Shown here one piece after another: positions 56,384-64,000 of a DNA stretch of 64,000 nt. Below the pieces are notes generated by a model, which did no database searches, was not told the DNA's origin, and saw only the letters and a program-made list of their open reading frames with translations. Each line of letters starts with the position of its first letter. The first letter of the stretch is position 1. Source of the DNA: Planctomycetota bacterium (GTDB lineage Bacteria; Planctomycetota; PLA2; JAEUHO01); contig JBFWRP010000002.1 in the NCBI GenBank assembly GCA_050248855.1, positions 192,001 through 256,000 on the forward strand, in the 5' to 3' direction. The translations under genes were made by a program, and so were the position numbers.

Positions 56384-57276
56384 GCCGGGCCCCAGGCCCA
56401 GAGCGCGCCGAGGCCGAGGCCGTAGAGGGCCAGCAGCCTGCCGAAGGCGGCGAGGACGTCCAGGAGACGGTCGCCGGGCTGCGCGCGTAGCGCGCGGCGC
56501 GCAGCAGGCCAACCGACGAGGGCGAGGCCGGTGGCTCCGAGCACGGCGCGCGGGGCCCCGAACAGCAGCACGAGGACGACGGGGACGAGGGCCGCGCCCA
56601 GCAGCGCACCGACGATCTCCGCGCGCGCGAAGCCGCGTCCGAAGCGCACGGCCAACGTGCCCTTGCCGGCGCGGCGGTCGGTGTCCACGTCGCGCACGTT
56701 GTTCACGGCCAGGAGCGCGACGGCGAGCAGGCCGGGGCCGAAGCCCGCGACGACCGCGTCGGCGCGCCAGGCAAGCGCCTGCACGAACACCGTGCCGGCG
56801 ACCGCCACCGGACCGAAGAAGGCGAGCACGAGCACGTCGCCGAGCCCGAGGTAGCCCAGCGGCTTGGCACCGCCCGTGTACAGCACGGCGCCGGCGATCG
56901 AGGCCACGCCGATCGCGATGACGGGCCACCCGGCGCGCCACGCCAGCAGCGCGCCGACGACGGTCGCGGCGACGAGCGCGAGGACGAACGCCGTGCGCAT
57001 GGCCGCTGGCGTGACGAGCCCCGCGGCCACTGCACGCGTGGGGCCCAGTCGATCGGGCGTGTCCGTACCCTTCACGCCATCGAAGTAGTCGTTCGCGAAG
57101 TTGGCGCCGATCTGCAACAGCAAGGCACCCGCCAGGGCGCCGAGCGCGGACGGCAGGTGGAAGACACCCTCCCGCCACGCGAGCCCCACCCCGATCGCCA
57201 CGGGCGCCGCCGCCGCCGGCAGCGTGCGCGGCCGGCTCGCCGCGACCCACGCCGCGAGGGCGGACCTCACGCGCAT
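56380..57276 (-). CDS. menA: 1,4-dihydroxy-2-naphthoate prenyltransferase
   Basis: RPRTL, NFANDYFDGVKGTD, NNVRDVDTD, GKGTLAVR. Confidence 0.95.
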   Translation of the reverse strand: MRVRSALAAWVAASRPRTLPAAAAPVAIGVGLAWREGVFHLPSALGALAGALLLQIGANFANDYFDGVKGTDTPDRLGPTRAVAAGLVTPAAMRTAFVLALVAATVVGALLAWRAGWPVIAIGVASIAGAVLYTGGAKPLGYLGLGDVLVLAFFGPVAVAGTVFVQALAWRADAVVAGFGPGLLAVALLAVNNVRDVDTDRRAGKGTLAVRFGRGFARAEIVGALLGAALVPVVLVLLFGAPRAVLGATGLALVGWPAARRALRAQPGDRLLDVLAAFGRLLALYGLGLGALWAWGPA

Positions 57277-57282
57277 GGCGTG

Positions 57283-57376
57283 CCGCGCGGAGGTGTCTGA
57301 ACCTGTGCCTCGGAGCGAAGCGACGGTGGCACGGTGTCAGACACCGCCGTGCGGTTCTCGCTTGGGGTCAAACCCC
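57283..57376. repeat. REP-like palindromes between menB and menA
   Basis: CCGCGCGGAGGTGTCTGA...TCAGACACCGCCGTGCGG around GCGAAGC; GGGGTCAAACCCC at 57364-76. Confidence 0.7.
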
Positions 57377-57427
57377 GCGCTCCATCGTCACACCGGAGCC
57401 TCGCCGCGGAGGTGTCGCCCCCGGTCA

Positions 57428-58249
57428 TCACGGCCGCTTGGGGAAGCGACCGAAATCAGGCTTGCGCTTGCCGAGGTAGGCGTCGCGACCTTCTTGGCCT
57501 TCTTCGGTCATGTAGTAGAGGAGCGTGGCGTTGCCGGCGAGCTCCTGCAAGCCGGCTTGGCCGTCGCAGTCGGCGTTCAGCGCCGACTTGAGGCAGCGGA
57601 TGGCCAGCGGCGAGTGCTGGAGGATCTCGCGGCACCACGTCACCGTCTCGGTCTCCAGCTGGTCGAGCGGCACCACCGTGTTGACGAGCCCCATCGCCAA
57701 GGCCTGGCGCGCGTCGTACTGGCGACAAAGGAACCAGATCTCGCGGGCCTTCTTCTGGCCGACCATGCGCGCGAGGTAGCTCGAGCCGTAGCCCCCGTCG
57801 AACGAGCCGACCTTCGGACCCGTCTGGCCGAACACCGCGTTCTCGGCGGCGATCGTCAGGTCGCACATCACGTGCAGCACGTGGCCGCCGCCGATCGCGT
57901 AGCCGGCGACCATCGCCACGACCGGCTTGGGGCACGTGCGGATCTCGCGCTGGAAGTCGAGCACGTTGAGGCGGTGGACGCCCTTGGCGTCCACGTATCC
58001 GGCGTCGCCACGCACGCGCTGGTCGCCACCGCTGCAGAAGGCCATGTCGCCCTCGCCCGTCAGGATGACCACGCCGATCGACGGGTCGTCGCGCGCGATC
58101 TGCAACGCCTCGCGCATCTCCGTCACCGTGAGGGGGCGGAAGGCGTTGCGCACCTCGGGCCGGCAGATCGTGATCTTGGCGATGCCGTCCATCGTCTCGT
58201 ACCGGATGTCGGTGAACGCCTTGCCGGGCTGCCAGGGGAAAGACGGCAT
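57428..58249 (-). CDS. menB: 1,4-dihydroxy-2-naphthoyl-CoA synthase
   Basis: [29 protein letters not shown]. Confidence 0.97.
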   Translation of the reverse strand: MPSFPWQPGKAFTDIRYETMDGIAKITICRPEVRNAFRPLTVTEMREALQIARDDPSIGVVILTGEGDMAFCSGGDQRVRGDAGYVDAKGVHRLNVLDFQREIRTCPKPVVAMVAGYAIGGGHVLHVMCDLTIAAENAVFGQTGPKVGSFDGGYGSSYLARMVGQKKAREIWFLCRQYDARQALAMGLVNTVVPLDQLETETVTWCREILQHSPLAIRCLKSALNADCDGQAGLQELAGNATLLYYMTEEGQEGRDAYLGKRKPDFGRFPKRP

Positions 58250-58325
58250 CGAGGGCCTCCGCAGGGGGCCGTGCATCCTGGGTTGCCCCGGTGGACCGTC
58301 CACGTTTGCCCTCCCTGCGCACCCG

Positions 58326-59555
58326 TCAGGACCCGGCGAGGGCGCGGCGAGCCGCCTCGGCGGCCGTCGCCGCGAACCGCTCGAAGGAGAGGCCGTCGAG
58401 TACGGCGGCGCGCCCGGTGGCCGCCATGCGCGCGGCCCTCCCGGGATCGGCGAGCAGGTCGAGCACGGCACGGGCGAACGCCTCGGCGTCGTCGGCGATG
58501 CAGAGCGCATGCGGGTCCGGCAACAGCTCACGCCAGCCGCGGGCCCCCGCGGACGTCGTGACGCACGTGCGCCCGTAGAGGAAGGCCTCCGGCGTCTTGA
58601 GCGAGGAGCCCCCGCCGCGGCGTGCCGCGACGATCGCGAGGTCGGCGCCCGCGTACGCGGTGGCGACGTCCTCGACCCGTCCCCGCAGGCGCACGCCGGG
58701 CGCCGCGGCCCACGCGGCCGCACGCGCTGGCCCCGGGGGCGCACCGACGAGGTCGAGCGCGGCGTCGGGCCGGACACTCCGCACACGCGGCCAGACGTCC
58801 TGCACGAACCACTCGACACCCTCCGTGTGCGGCGGCCAGCTCATGGTGGCCACGGAGACCACGTGTCCGCGACCGGGTGGGGGAGCTCCGTCGGGGACAC
58901 GCCCCGCAGCCAGCGGCCACGGCAGGTTCGGGAGCACGGTGGCGCGTTCGAGCCCAGGTGCGGCCACCAGGTCCTCGCGCTTCGTGACGGTGAGCGCATC
59001 GGCCGCTTGGAGCAGGGCGAGCTGACGGCGGCCCAGCGCGCCGCGGCGCCACGTGCGCACGCGTCCCGCGGCCTCATCGGCCATCACCGTGGGGACGTCG
59101 TCGACGTCGAGCCACACGCGCGGCCGATGCGCCAGGTGGAGCACGCCGCTGGCCGCCAGCGCCGGGGCGCCGTACACGGCCACGAGGTCCGGACGGAGCC
59201 GTCCCACGTGGTGGGCCACGCGTGCTGCCGTGGCGGAGTCGACGAGCAGCGGTGCCGCGGCGCCCGCCCAGCGTGTGGCCCAGGTGTCGAGCACGCGCTT
59301 GCGCAGCAGCCAGCGGCGCGCCAGGCGCCACGGCGGTCGTAGCGACGGTCGACCCGGAGGAACGACCTCCACCACCCCGAAGTCGCGCGCCACGACCGAC
59401 GCGACGTCGGGGTCGTCCGTGATCGGGTCGCTGGACGTGATCAGGGTGGTCACGGAGCCCAGGCGGGCGAGGGCGCGGACCAGCAGCGCGGCGCGTTGCC
59501 GGCCGCCCATCGTCGGCGGCCACGGCGAGCTGGGGGTGATGACGAGGATCTTCAC
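58326..59555 (-). CDS. Glycosyltransferase family 4 (GT-B)
   Basis: [36 protein letters not shown]. Confidence 0.85.
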   Translation of the reverse strand: MKILVITPSSPWPPTMGGRQRAALLVRALARLGSVTTLITSSDPITDDPDVASVVARDFGVVEVVPPGRPSLRPPWRLARRWLLRKRVLDTWATRWAGAAAPLLVDSATAARVAHHVGRLRPDLVAVYGAPALAASGVLHLAHRPRVWLDVDDVPTVMADEAAGRVRTWRRGALGRRQLALLQAADALTVTKREDLVAAPGLERATVLPNLPWPLAAGRVPDGAPPPGRGHVVSVATMSWPPHTEGVEWFVQDVWPRVRSVRPDAALDLVGAPPGPARAAAWAAAPGVRLRGRVEDVATAYAGADLAIVAARRGGGSSLKTPEAFLYGRTCVTTSAGARGWRELLPDPHALCIADDAEAFARAVLDLLADPGRAARMAATGRAAVLDGLSFERFAATAAEAARRALAGS

Positions 59556-59588
59556 GATGGCGGTGGGGGATGGCCCGCGTCGCGCCGT

Positions 59589-60362
59589 TCACCCCAGGAA
59601 GGCGCGCACGGCGTCGGCCAGCGCGTCAGGGGCTTCCAGGTGCGGCGCGTGGCCGGCGCCGGGCACGACGTGCACCGTAGCCCGCGGCAGCCGCGCGGCG
59701 ACCGCCGTGTTGGCGTGGCGGTAGCCGGCGTCGTGCTCGCCCGCGACCAGCAGGACGGGGAGGTCGGCCGCGGCCAGGGCGGGCACGAGGTCCGGTTGGT
59801 GCGCTGGCGTCAACGCCTCCAGCACGTCGGCGAGCCGGTCCGCCCGGCCGCGCAGCCTCCGCGCCCGCCACGTCGGCAGGTCGGGGTGCCTGCGCAGGGT
59901 GTCGAACAGGGGCTGCTGCCACCACGCCTCCAGGAACGCGGCAACGCCTTCGTCGCGCAGGCGCTGCGCCCACGCGCGATCACGCGCCTCGCGCGTGGGG
60001 TCGGTGTCGGGTTCGAGGCGGGCGCCGATCAGGACGAGCTTGCGCACGCGCTGCGGCGCGGCCCCCGCCAGCGCGGCGGCGATGCGTCCGCCCAGGGAGT
60101 AGCCGACGATGTCCACGCGCGTCAGCTCGAGGTGGTCCAGGTGGCGGACGACGGCGCGTGCCGCGCTGGCGAGGTCCGTGGGCAGCGCGGCTTCGTCTTC
60201 GTCCAAGGGTTCGTCGGCGGGCTCGTGGCCGGGCAAGTCGACGGCCACGACCGGCCGGTCGTCGGCCAGCTCCCAGGCGACATCGTCCCAGTCGTCGGCC
60301 GTGCCGAAGAAGCCGTGCAGGAACACGACGGGCGTGGGCTCGGGCCGCGGGCTGGGCGTCAT
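59589..60362 (-). CDS. menH: SHCHC synthase (alpha/beta hydrolase)
   Basis: FLHGFFG, GYSLGGR, WWQQPLF, AGHAPH; coupled to menD. Confidence 0.88.
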   Translation of the reverse strand: MTPSPRPEPTPVVFLHGFFGTADDWDDVAWELADDRPVVAVDLPGHEPADEPLDEDEAALPTDLASAARAVVRHLDHLELTRVDIVGYSLGGRIAAALAGAAPQRVRKLVLIGARLEPDTDPTREARDRAWAQRLRDEGVAAFLEAWWQQPLFDTLRRHPDLPTWRARRLRGRADRLADVLEALTPAHQPDLVPALAAADLPVLLVAGEHDAGYRHANTAVAARLPRATVHVVPGAGHAPHLEAPDALADAVRAFLG

Positions 60363-62122
60363 GCGGAGGCGGGCCCCAGCACGCGCCGGATGGCGCCCTC
60401 GATCTCGCCCAGGGCCTCGACGGTCGCCTCGATGGACGTGCTCGCTTCGATCACGGCGTGTTCGCCGGCCTGGGCGGCCTCCTCGTAGCAGCCTTCGAGC
60501 TCTTCCTGGGTGGTGACGCGTCGGTAGGGGAGTCCGAACCCGTGGCAGACGCTCTCGAAGTCCAGGTCGTGGCGCGCGTCGAGCCACGGCGTGACGAGGT
60601 CGGCGTAGGCGCCTACGGGCAGCGTGTGGAAGATGCCGCCGCCGCCGTTGTTCACGACCAACAGGGTCAGCGGGGGGCCACCGCCGCGCGCGAGCCCGGC
60701 CAGGGCGTTCAGGTCGTGCAGCAGGGCTTGGTCGCCGAGCAGGACCGTGGTGGGGCGGTCGGCGCCGGCCGCGAAGCCCGCCGCCGTGGACACGATCCCG
60801 TCGATCCCGCTCGCGCCCCGGTTGAGCCCTACCGGGACGTCCGGCCCGTCACGTCGCGCGAAGGCCTGCAGCATGCGCACGGGGAGGCTGTTGGAAACGA
60901 AGAGCGCGTGCGCGGGGTCGATCCGCGCGCTGAGCTGGCGCGCGACCGCCGGCTCGACGAGCGGGTCGTCGGGCGCCAGGTCGAGCACCTCGTCGATGGC
61001 CGTGTCGATGGCGCGGTCCAGCTCGACGAGCGCCGCCGGCGGTCGCCGCTCGTCGAGCCCTTCCTCGAGCGCGTGCGCCAGGAGCTCGTCCACGACGCGC
61101 TCGGGGGCCGCGACGACGTGCTCGACGGTGCGTCCGCTCGGGTCCGCCCACGCGAGCTGGTCGTCCACGACCACCAAGCGCGTCGCGCCTGCTTCGTCCA
61201 GCCAGTGCGCGTAGCGCTTGGACGTCGGGCGTGCACCAAGCTGCAGCACGACCTCGGGCCGGGCGGCCGTCCCGAGCAGCCGGTCCAGGTGCGGGCAGAA
61301 CACGTCACGGTCGCGGCCCAGGCGGTGGCCCGAGCGCAGATCGGCCAGCAACGGCCAGCCGAGCCGCTCCGCCAAGGCGCCGACATCCGCGGGGCAAGGG
61401 CCGGCGGCCACGACCATCCCCTGGGCGCCGTCGAGCCAGCGCGTGAAGAGGCGCGCGCGATCGCGCCCCAGCGCGGCACCCCGCGGGATCAGGTGGGTTG
61501 GGCTCCGCCACGGCGCAGGCCGGTCCGCGTCCAGGTCGGCCACGGCCTCGGCGGGGAACGCGACATGCGTGGGTGCGAGCGGCTCGCGCAAGCGGACGTT
61601 GACGTGGACCGCGCCCCGTGGCGCCAGGCGCGCAAGGGCCAGGGCGCGCGCCACGTGCGCCGCGCCGAGACGTAGCGGCGTACCTGCGTCGGGTGCCGGC
61701 AGGTCCACCGCGTGGCGGACGTGCTCGCCGAAGAGGCCCGCTTGGCGGATCGCCTGGTTGGCGCCGACATCCACGAGCTCCGCCGGCCGATCGGCCGTGA
61801 GCAGCAACAGGGGTACGCCGTCGGCCGTCGCCTCGACGGCCGCGGGGAGCAGGTTGGCCACCGCCGTACCCGACGTGGTGACGACGGCGGCGGGCCGACC
61901 CGTGGCCCGGGCGTGGCCCAGGGCATGGAAGGCCGCGCCCCGCTCGTCCAGCCACAGGACGGCCTCGGCGTGCTCGTCGGCGAGGATCGCGCGCACCAGG
62001 GGCGTCGAGCGCGAGCCCGGTGCGACGACGAACACGCCCACCCCTTGCGCCACGCACGTCTCGATGACGAGACGCGCCCACGCCGCATTCAGGTTGGGCT
62101 CGTCGCGGTAGGGGGACGCCAC
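60359..62122 (-). CDS. menD: SEPHCHC synthase (start approximate; GTG 62122 or 62131)
   Basis: PGSRSTPL, DERGAAF, TSGTAVAN, NRGASGIDG, GDQALLHDLN, NNGGGGIF. Confidence 0.95.
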   Translation of the reverse strand: MASPYRDEPNLNAAWARLVIETCVAQGVGVFVVAPGSRSTPLVRAILADEHAEAVLWLDERGAAFHALGHARATGRPAAVVTTSGTAVANLLPAAVEATADGVPLLLLTADRPAELVDVGANQAIRQAGLFGEHVRHAVDLPAPDAGTPLRLGAAHVARALALARLAPRGAVHVNVRLREPLAPTHVAFPAEAVADLDADRPAPWRSPTHLIPRGAALGRDRARLFTRWLDGAQGMVVAAGPCPADVGALAERLGWPLLADLRSGHRLGRDRDVFCPHLDRLLGTAARPEVVLQLGARPTSKRYAHWLDEAGATRLVVVDDQLAWADPSGRTVEHVVAAPERVVDELLAHALEEGLDERRPPAALVELDRAIDTAIDEVLDLAPDDPLVEPAVARQLSARIDPAHALFVSNSLPVRMLQAFARRDGPDVPVGLNRGASGIDGIVSTAAGFAAGADRPTTVLLGDQALLHDLNALAGLARGGGPPLTLLVVNNGGGGIFHTLPVGAYADLVTPWLDARHDLDFESVCHGFGLPYRRVTTQEELEGCYEEAAQAGEHAVIEASTSIEATVEALGEIEGAIRRVLGPASA

Positions 62123-62178
62123 GAAGCCCACGGTAGCGCGCGGCCGTTCCAAGCCGACGTTCTCCGTGCCGCAGGCGG

Positions 62179-63507
62179 TCAGCTCGGTTCGAGCGCGGTC
62201 CGCATGGCGGCAAGCTTCTGCTCGGTCTCCTCCCACTCGGCCTCGGTGCGGCTGCCGTGGACGACACCGGCGCCGGCGTAGGCGATGGCCTCCGCGCCGT
62301 CCAGACGCGCGCTGCGCAGCGCCACCGCGACATCCAAGCCGAACGCGCCGACGCGGCCCACGAGGCCGGCATAGAGGCCGCGGTCAAAGCCCTCGTGGGT
62401 CCGCAGCCAGGCGAGCGCCGCGTCCACCGGCTCGCCGGCCACCGCCGGTGTGGGGTGGAGCGCCGCGAGGAGGTCCGTGTCGTGCACCCCCGGTGCGAGA
62501 TCGGCCTCGATGCGGGTCCGGAGGTGCAACAGGCGGCCGGCCGCCTCGACCACGGGGACAGGTGCCGCGTGGACCTGCGTCGAGATCCTGCGCAAGCGGG
62601 ACAGCACGTGCTCGACGACGACGGCGTGCTCGCGGCGGTCCTTGTCCGATCCGAAGAGCTCCACGGCGCCCCCTGCCGTAGCCCGCTCGACCGACGCCAG
62701 CGTCCCGGCCAGTGCCTCCGTCCACACGTGGCGCCCCTGGCGTCGGGCCAGGCACTCGGGGCTGACGCCCAGGAACGCGCGCGCGCCTCCGGCCTCGACG
62801 AGGAAGCGGTACCCAACGCCCGCGGTCCGGTCCAGGCGGCGGAGCACGGACAGCGCGTCCGCCGGCGGGCCCACGCGACGCGCGTCGCGGCGCGCCAGCA
62901 CGCCCTTCACCAGCTGACCCGCCTGCACGCGTGCCAACAGCAGCCCCATCGACGCGTCCCAGCGGGCGCGCTCGTCGACGGGCCCGCGCGGAGCGTCCTC
63001 GGGCCCGGTCCCGCCGGGCGGCTCGGCGGGTGGCTCGCCGGCGACGCGCTGCTCGATGGCAAACCAGCGACCCTCGTGACGGCGCAGCTCGAGGCTGGGC
63101 ACCACGAGGCGCACCGCGCCGTAGGGACGCCACGGCGGTGACGGGGCCACGCCGAGGTCGAACCGCGAGGTGAGGAAGGCCCCCAGCCCGCCGTCGGGCC
63201 CCGGCGCGGGGTCGGGCGGCAGGTGCTCCAGGACGCCGAAGTCCCGGCCTTCGAGGACCAGCGCCTCGCCCGCCCCCGCGGCGAGGTCGCCGGTCTCGCG
63301 CCCGACGAACAGCCGCCGGGAACCACGTGGCAGGCGCGCCAGCCACGCGAACGGATCGACCTCCGTGGCGAGCGGCCACACGTGCCGCTCCAGCACGCCC
63401 GGGGGCGGTGCCGGGCGGGCCAAGCGCGAGGGCGGCTCGTCCCGTTCGTGGCCGATCGACGTGCGCACGTCCCAGGCATGCGGCGGCGGGTCGACGACGG
63501 GCGGCAC
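62179..63507 (-). CDS. menF: Isochorismate synthase
   Basis: KGVLAR, SPE, EALAGT, KDRREH, LHPTPAV, YAGAGVV, EWEET. Confidence 0.92.
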   Translation of the reverse strand: MPPVVDPPPHAWDVRTSIGHERDEPPSRLARPAPPPGVLERHVWPLATEVDPFAWLARLPRGSRRLFVGRETGDLAAGAGEALVLEGRDFGVLEHLPPDPAPGPDGGLGAFLTSRFDLGVAPSPPWRPYGAVRLVVPSLELRRHEGRWFAIEQRVAGEPPAEPPGGTGPEDAPRGPVDERARWDASMGLLLARVQAGQLVKGVLARRDARRVGPPADALSVLRRLDRTAGVGYRFLVEAGGARAFLGVSPECLARRQGRHVWTEALAGTLASVERATAGGAVELFGSDKDRREHAVVVEHVLSRLRRISTQVHAAPVPVVEAAGRLLHLRTRIEADLAPGVHDTDLLAALHPTPAVAGEPVDAALAWLRTHEGFDRGLYAGLVGRVGAFGLDVAVALRSARLDGAEAIAYAGAGVVHGSRTEAEWEETEQKLAAMRTALEPS

Positions 63508-63638
63508 GCCGGCATCCTACGGCCCGCTGCGTGGGAGCCGCGGGCGCAGCACGAAGTGGCCGTAGACTCCGCCCCGCGCCGCCGGGGACGGCTCTCGCCG
63601 TTCCGCGATGGTCCCGGCGCGCGCCCGGAAGCCCCCTC

Positions 63639-64000
63639 ATGTCTGCGCCCAAGGAACCGCTGCCGTATCCCGCCGTCGAGCCCCGGCCCGACTTCCCGGC
63701 GATCGAGCGGGAGATCCTGGCGCGTTGGCAGCGCGACGACACCTTCCAGGCCTCGGTCGATGCGCGGCCCGGTGGGGACCGCGAGTACGTCTTCTACGAC
63801 GGCCCGCCGTTCGCCAACGGGCTGCCTCACTACGGCCACTTGCTGACGGGCTACGTGAAGGACGTCGTGCCGCGCTACCAGACCATGCGCGGCAAGCGGG
63901 TGGAGCGTCGCTTCGGCTGGGACTGCCATGGACTTCCCGCGGAGATGGAGGCCGAGAAGGAGCTCGGCGTCTCGGGGCGCAAGGCCATCACCGAGTACGG
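63639..64000 (+). CDS. ileS: Isoleucyl-tRNA synthetase, type 2 (3'-truncated by the window edge; absent from the ORF track)
   Basis: Hand translation from ATG 63639: ...[24 protein letters not shown]...[13 protein letters not shown]. Confidence 0.93.
   Translation, partial: MSAPKEPLPYPAVEPRPDFPAIEREILARWQRDDTFQASVDARPGGDREYVFYDGPPFANGLPHYGHLLTGYVKDVVPRYQTMRGKRVERRFGWDCHGLPAEMEAEKELGVSGRKAITEY

Noticed and set aside
63508..63638. T-box leader before ileS
   Set aside because: The region is short and shared with divergent menF, and no T-box consensus was recognised.
1..64000. Autonomous mobile element, prophage, rRNA or tRNA
   Set aside because: No transposase, integrase or phage structural motif and no RNA gene pattern was recognised by eye.

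Overview
A very GC-rich bacterial window, probably Planctomycetota-like (inferred from DUF1570-like, DUF3500, prenyltransferase-repeat/HEAT and kinase-STAND genes). About 48 plausible CDS can be picked out; most other ORFs in the track are GC-driven shadow frames. Routine content: two RND efflux loci, a redox cluster, a BlaI/BlaR-type pair, LemA/DUF2207, a lysine-catabolism pair, a near-complete classical menaquinone cluster (menF-D-H-[glycosyltransferase]-B-A-C/E fusion plus a MenI-like thioesterase) and the 5' end of ileS. Most notable: (1) a membrane-anchored protein joining a STY4199-like HEPN domain with an intact RNxxAH motif to an extracytoplasmic TPR/beta region; (2) a dispersed intergenic structured repeat (4 copies, compensatory base changes, one copy flanked by an 18-bp duplication of a gene start) among other REP/MITE-like palindromes; (3) a secreted 21-Cys protein with 102-bp tandem cassettes; (4) a DACNV-type diadenylate-cyclase-like gene heading a redox gene run; (5) a tandem two-kinase STAND ATPase-TPR protein. 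No CRISPR, rRNA, tRNA or transposase was seen. All family calls come from motif recognition by eye, not from database searches.
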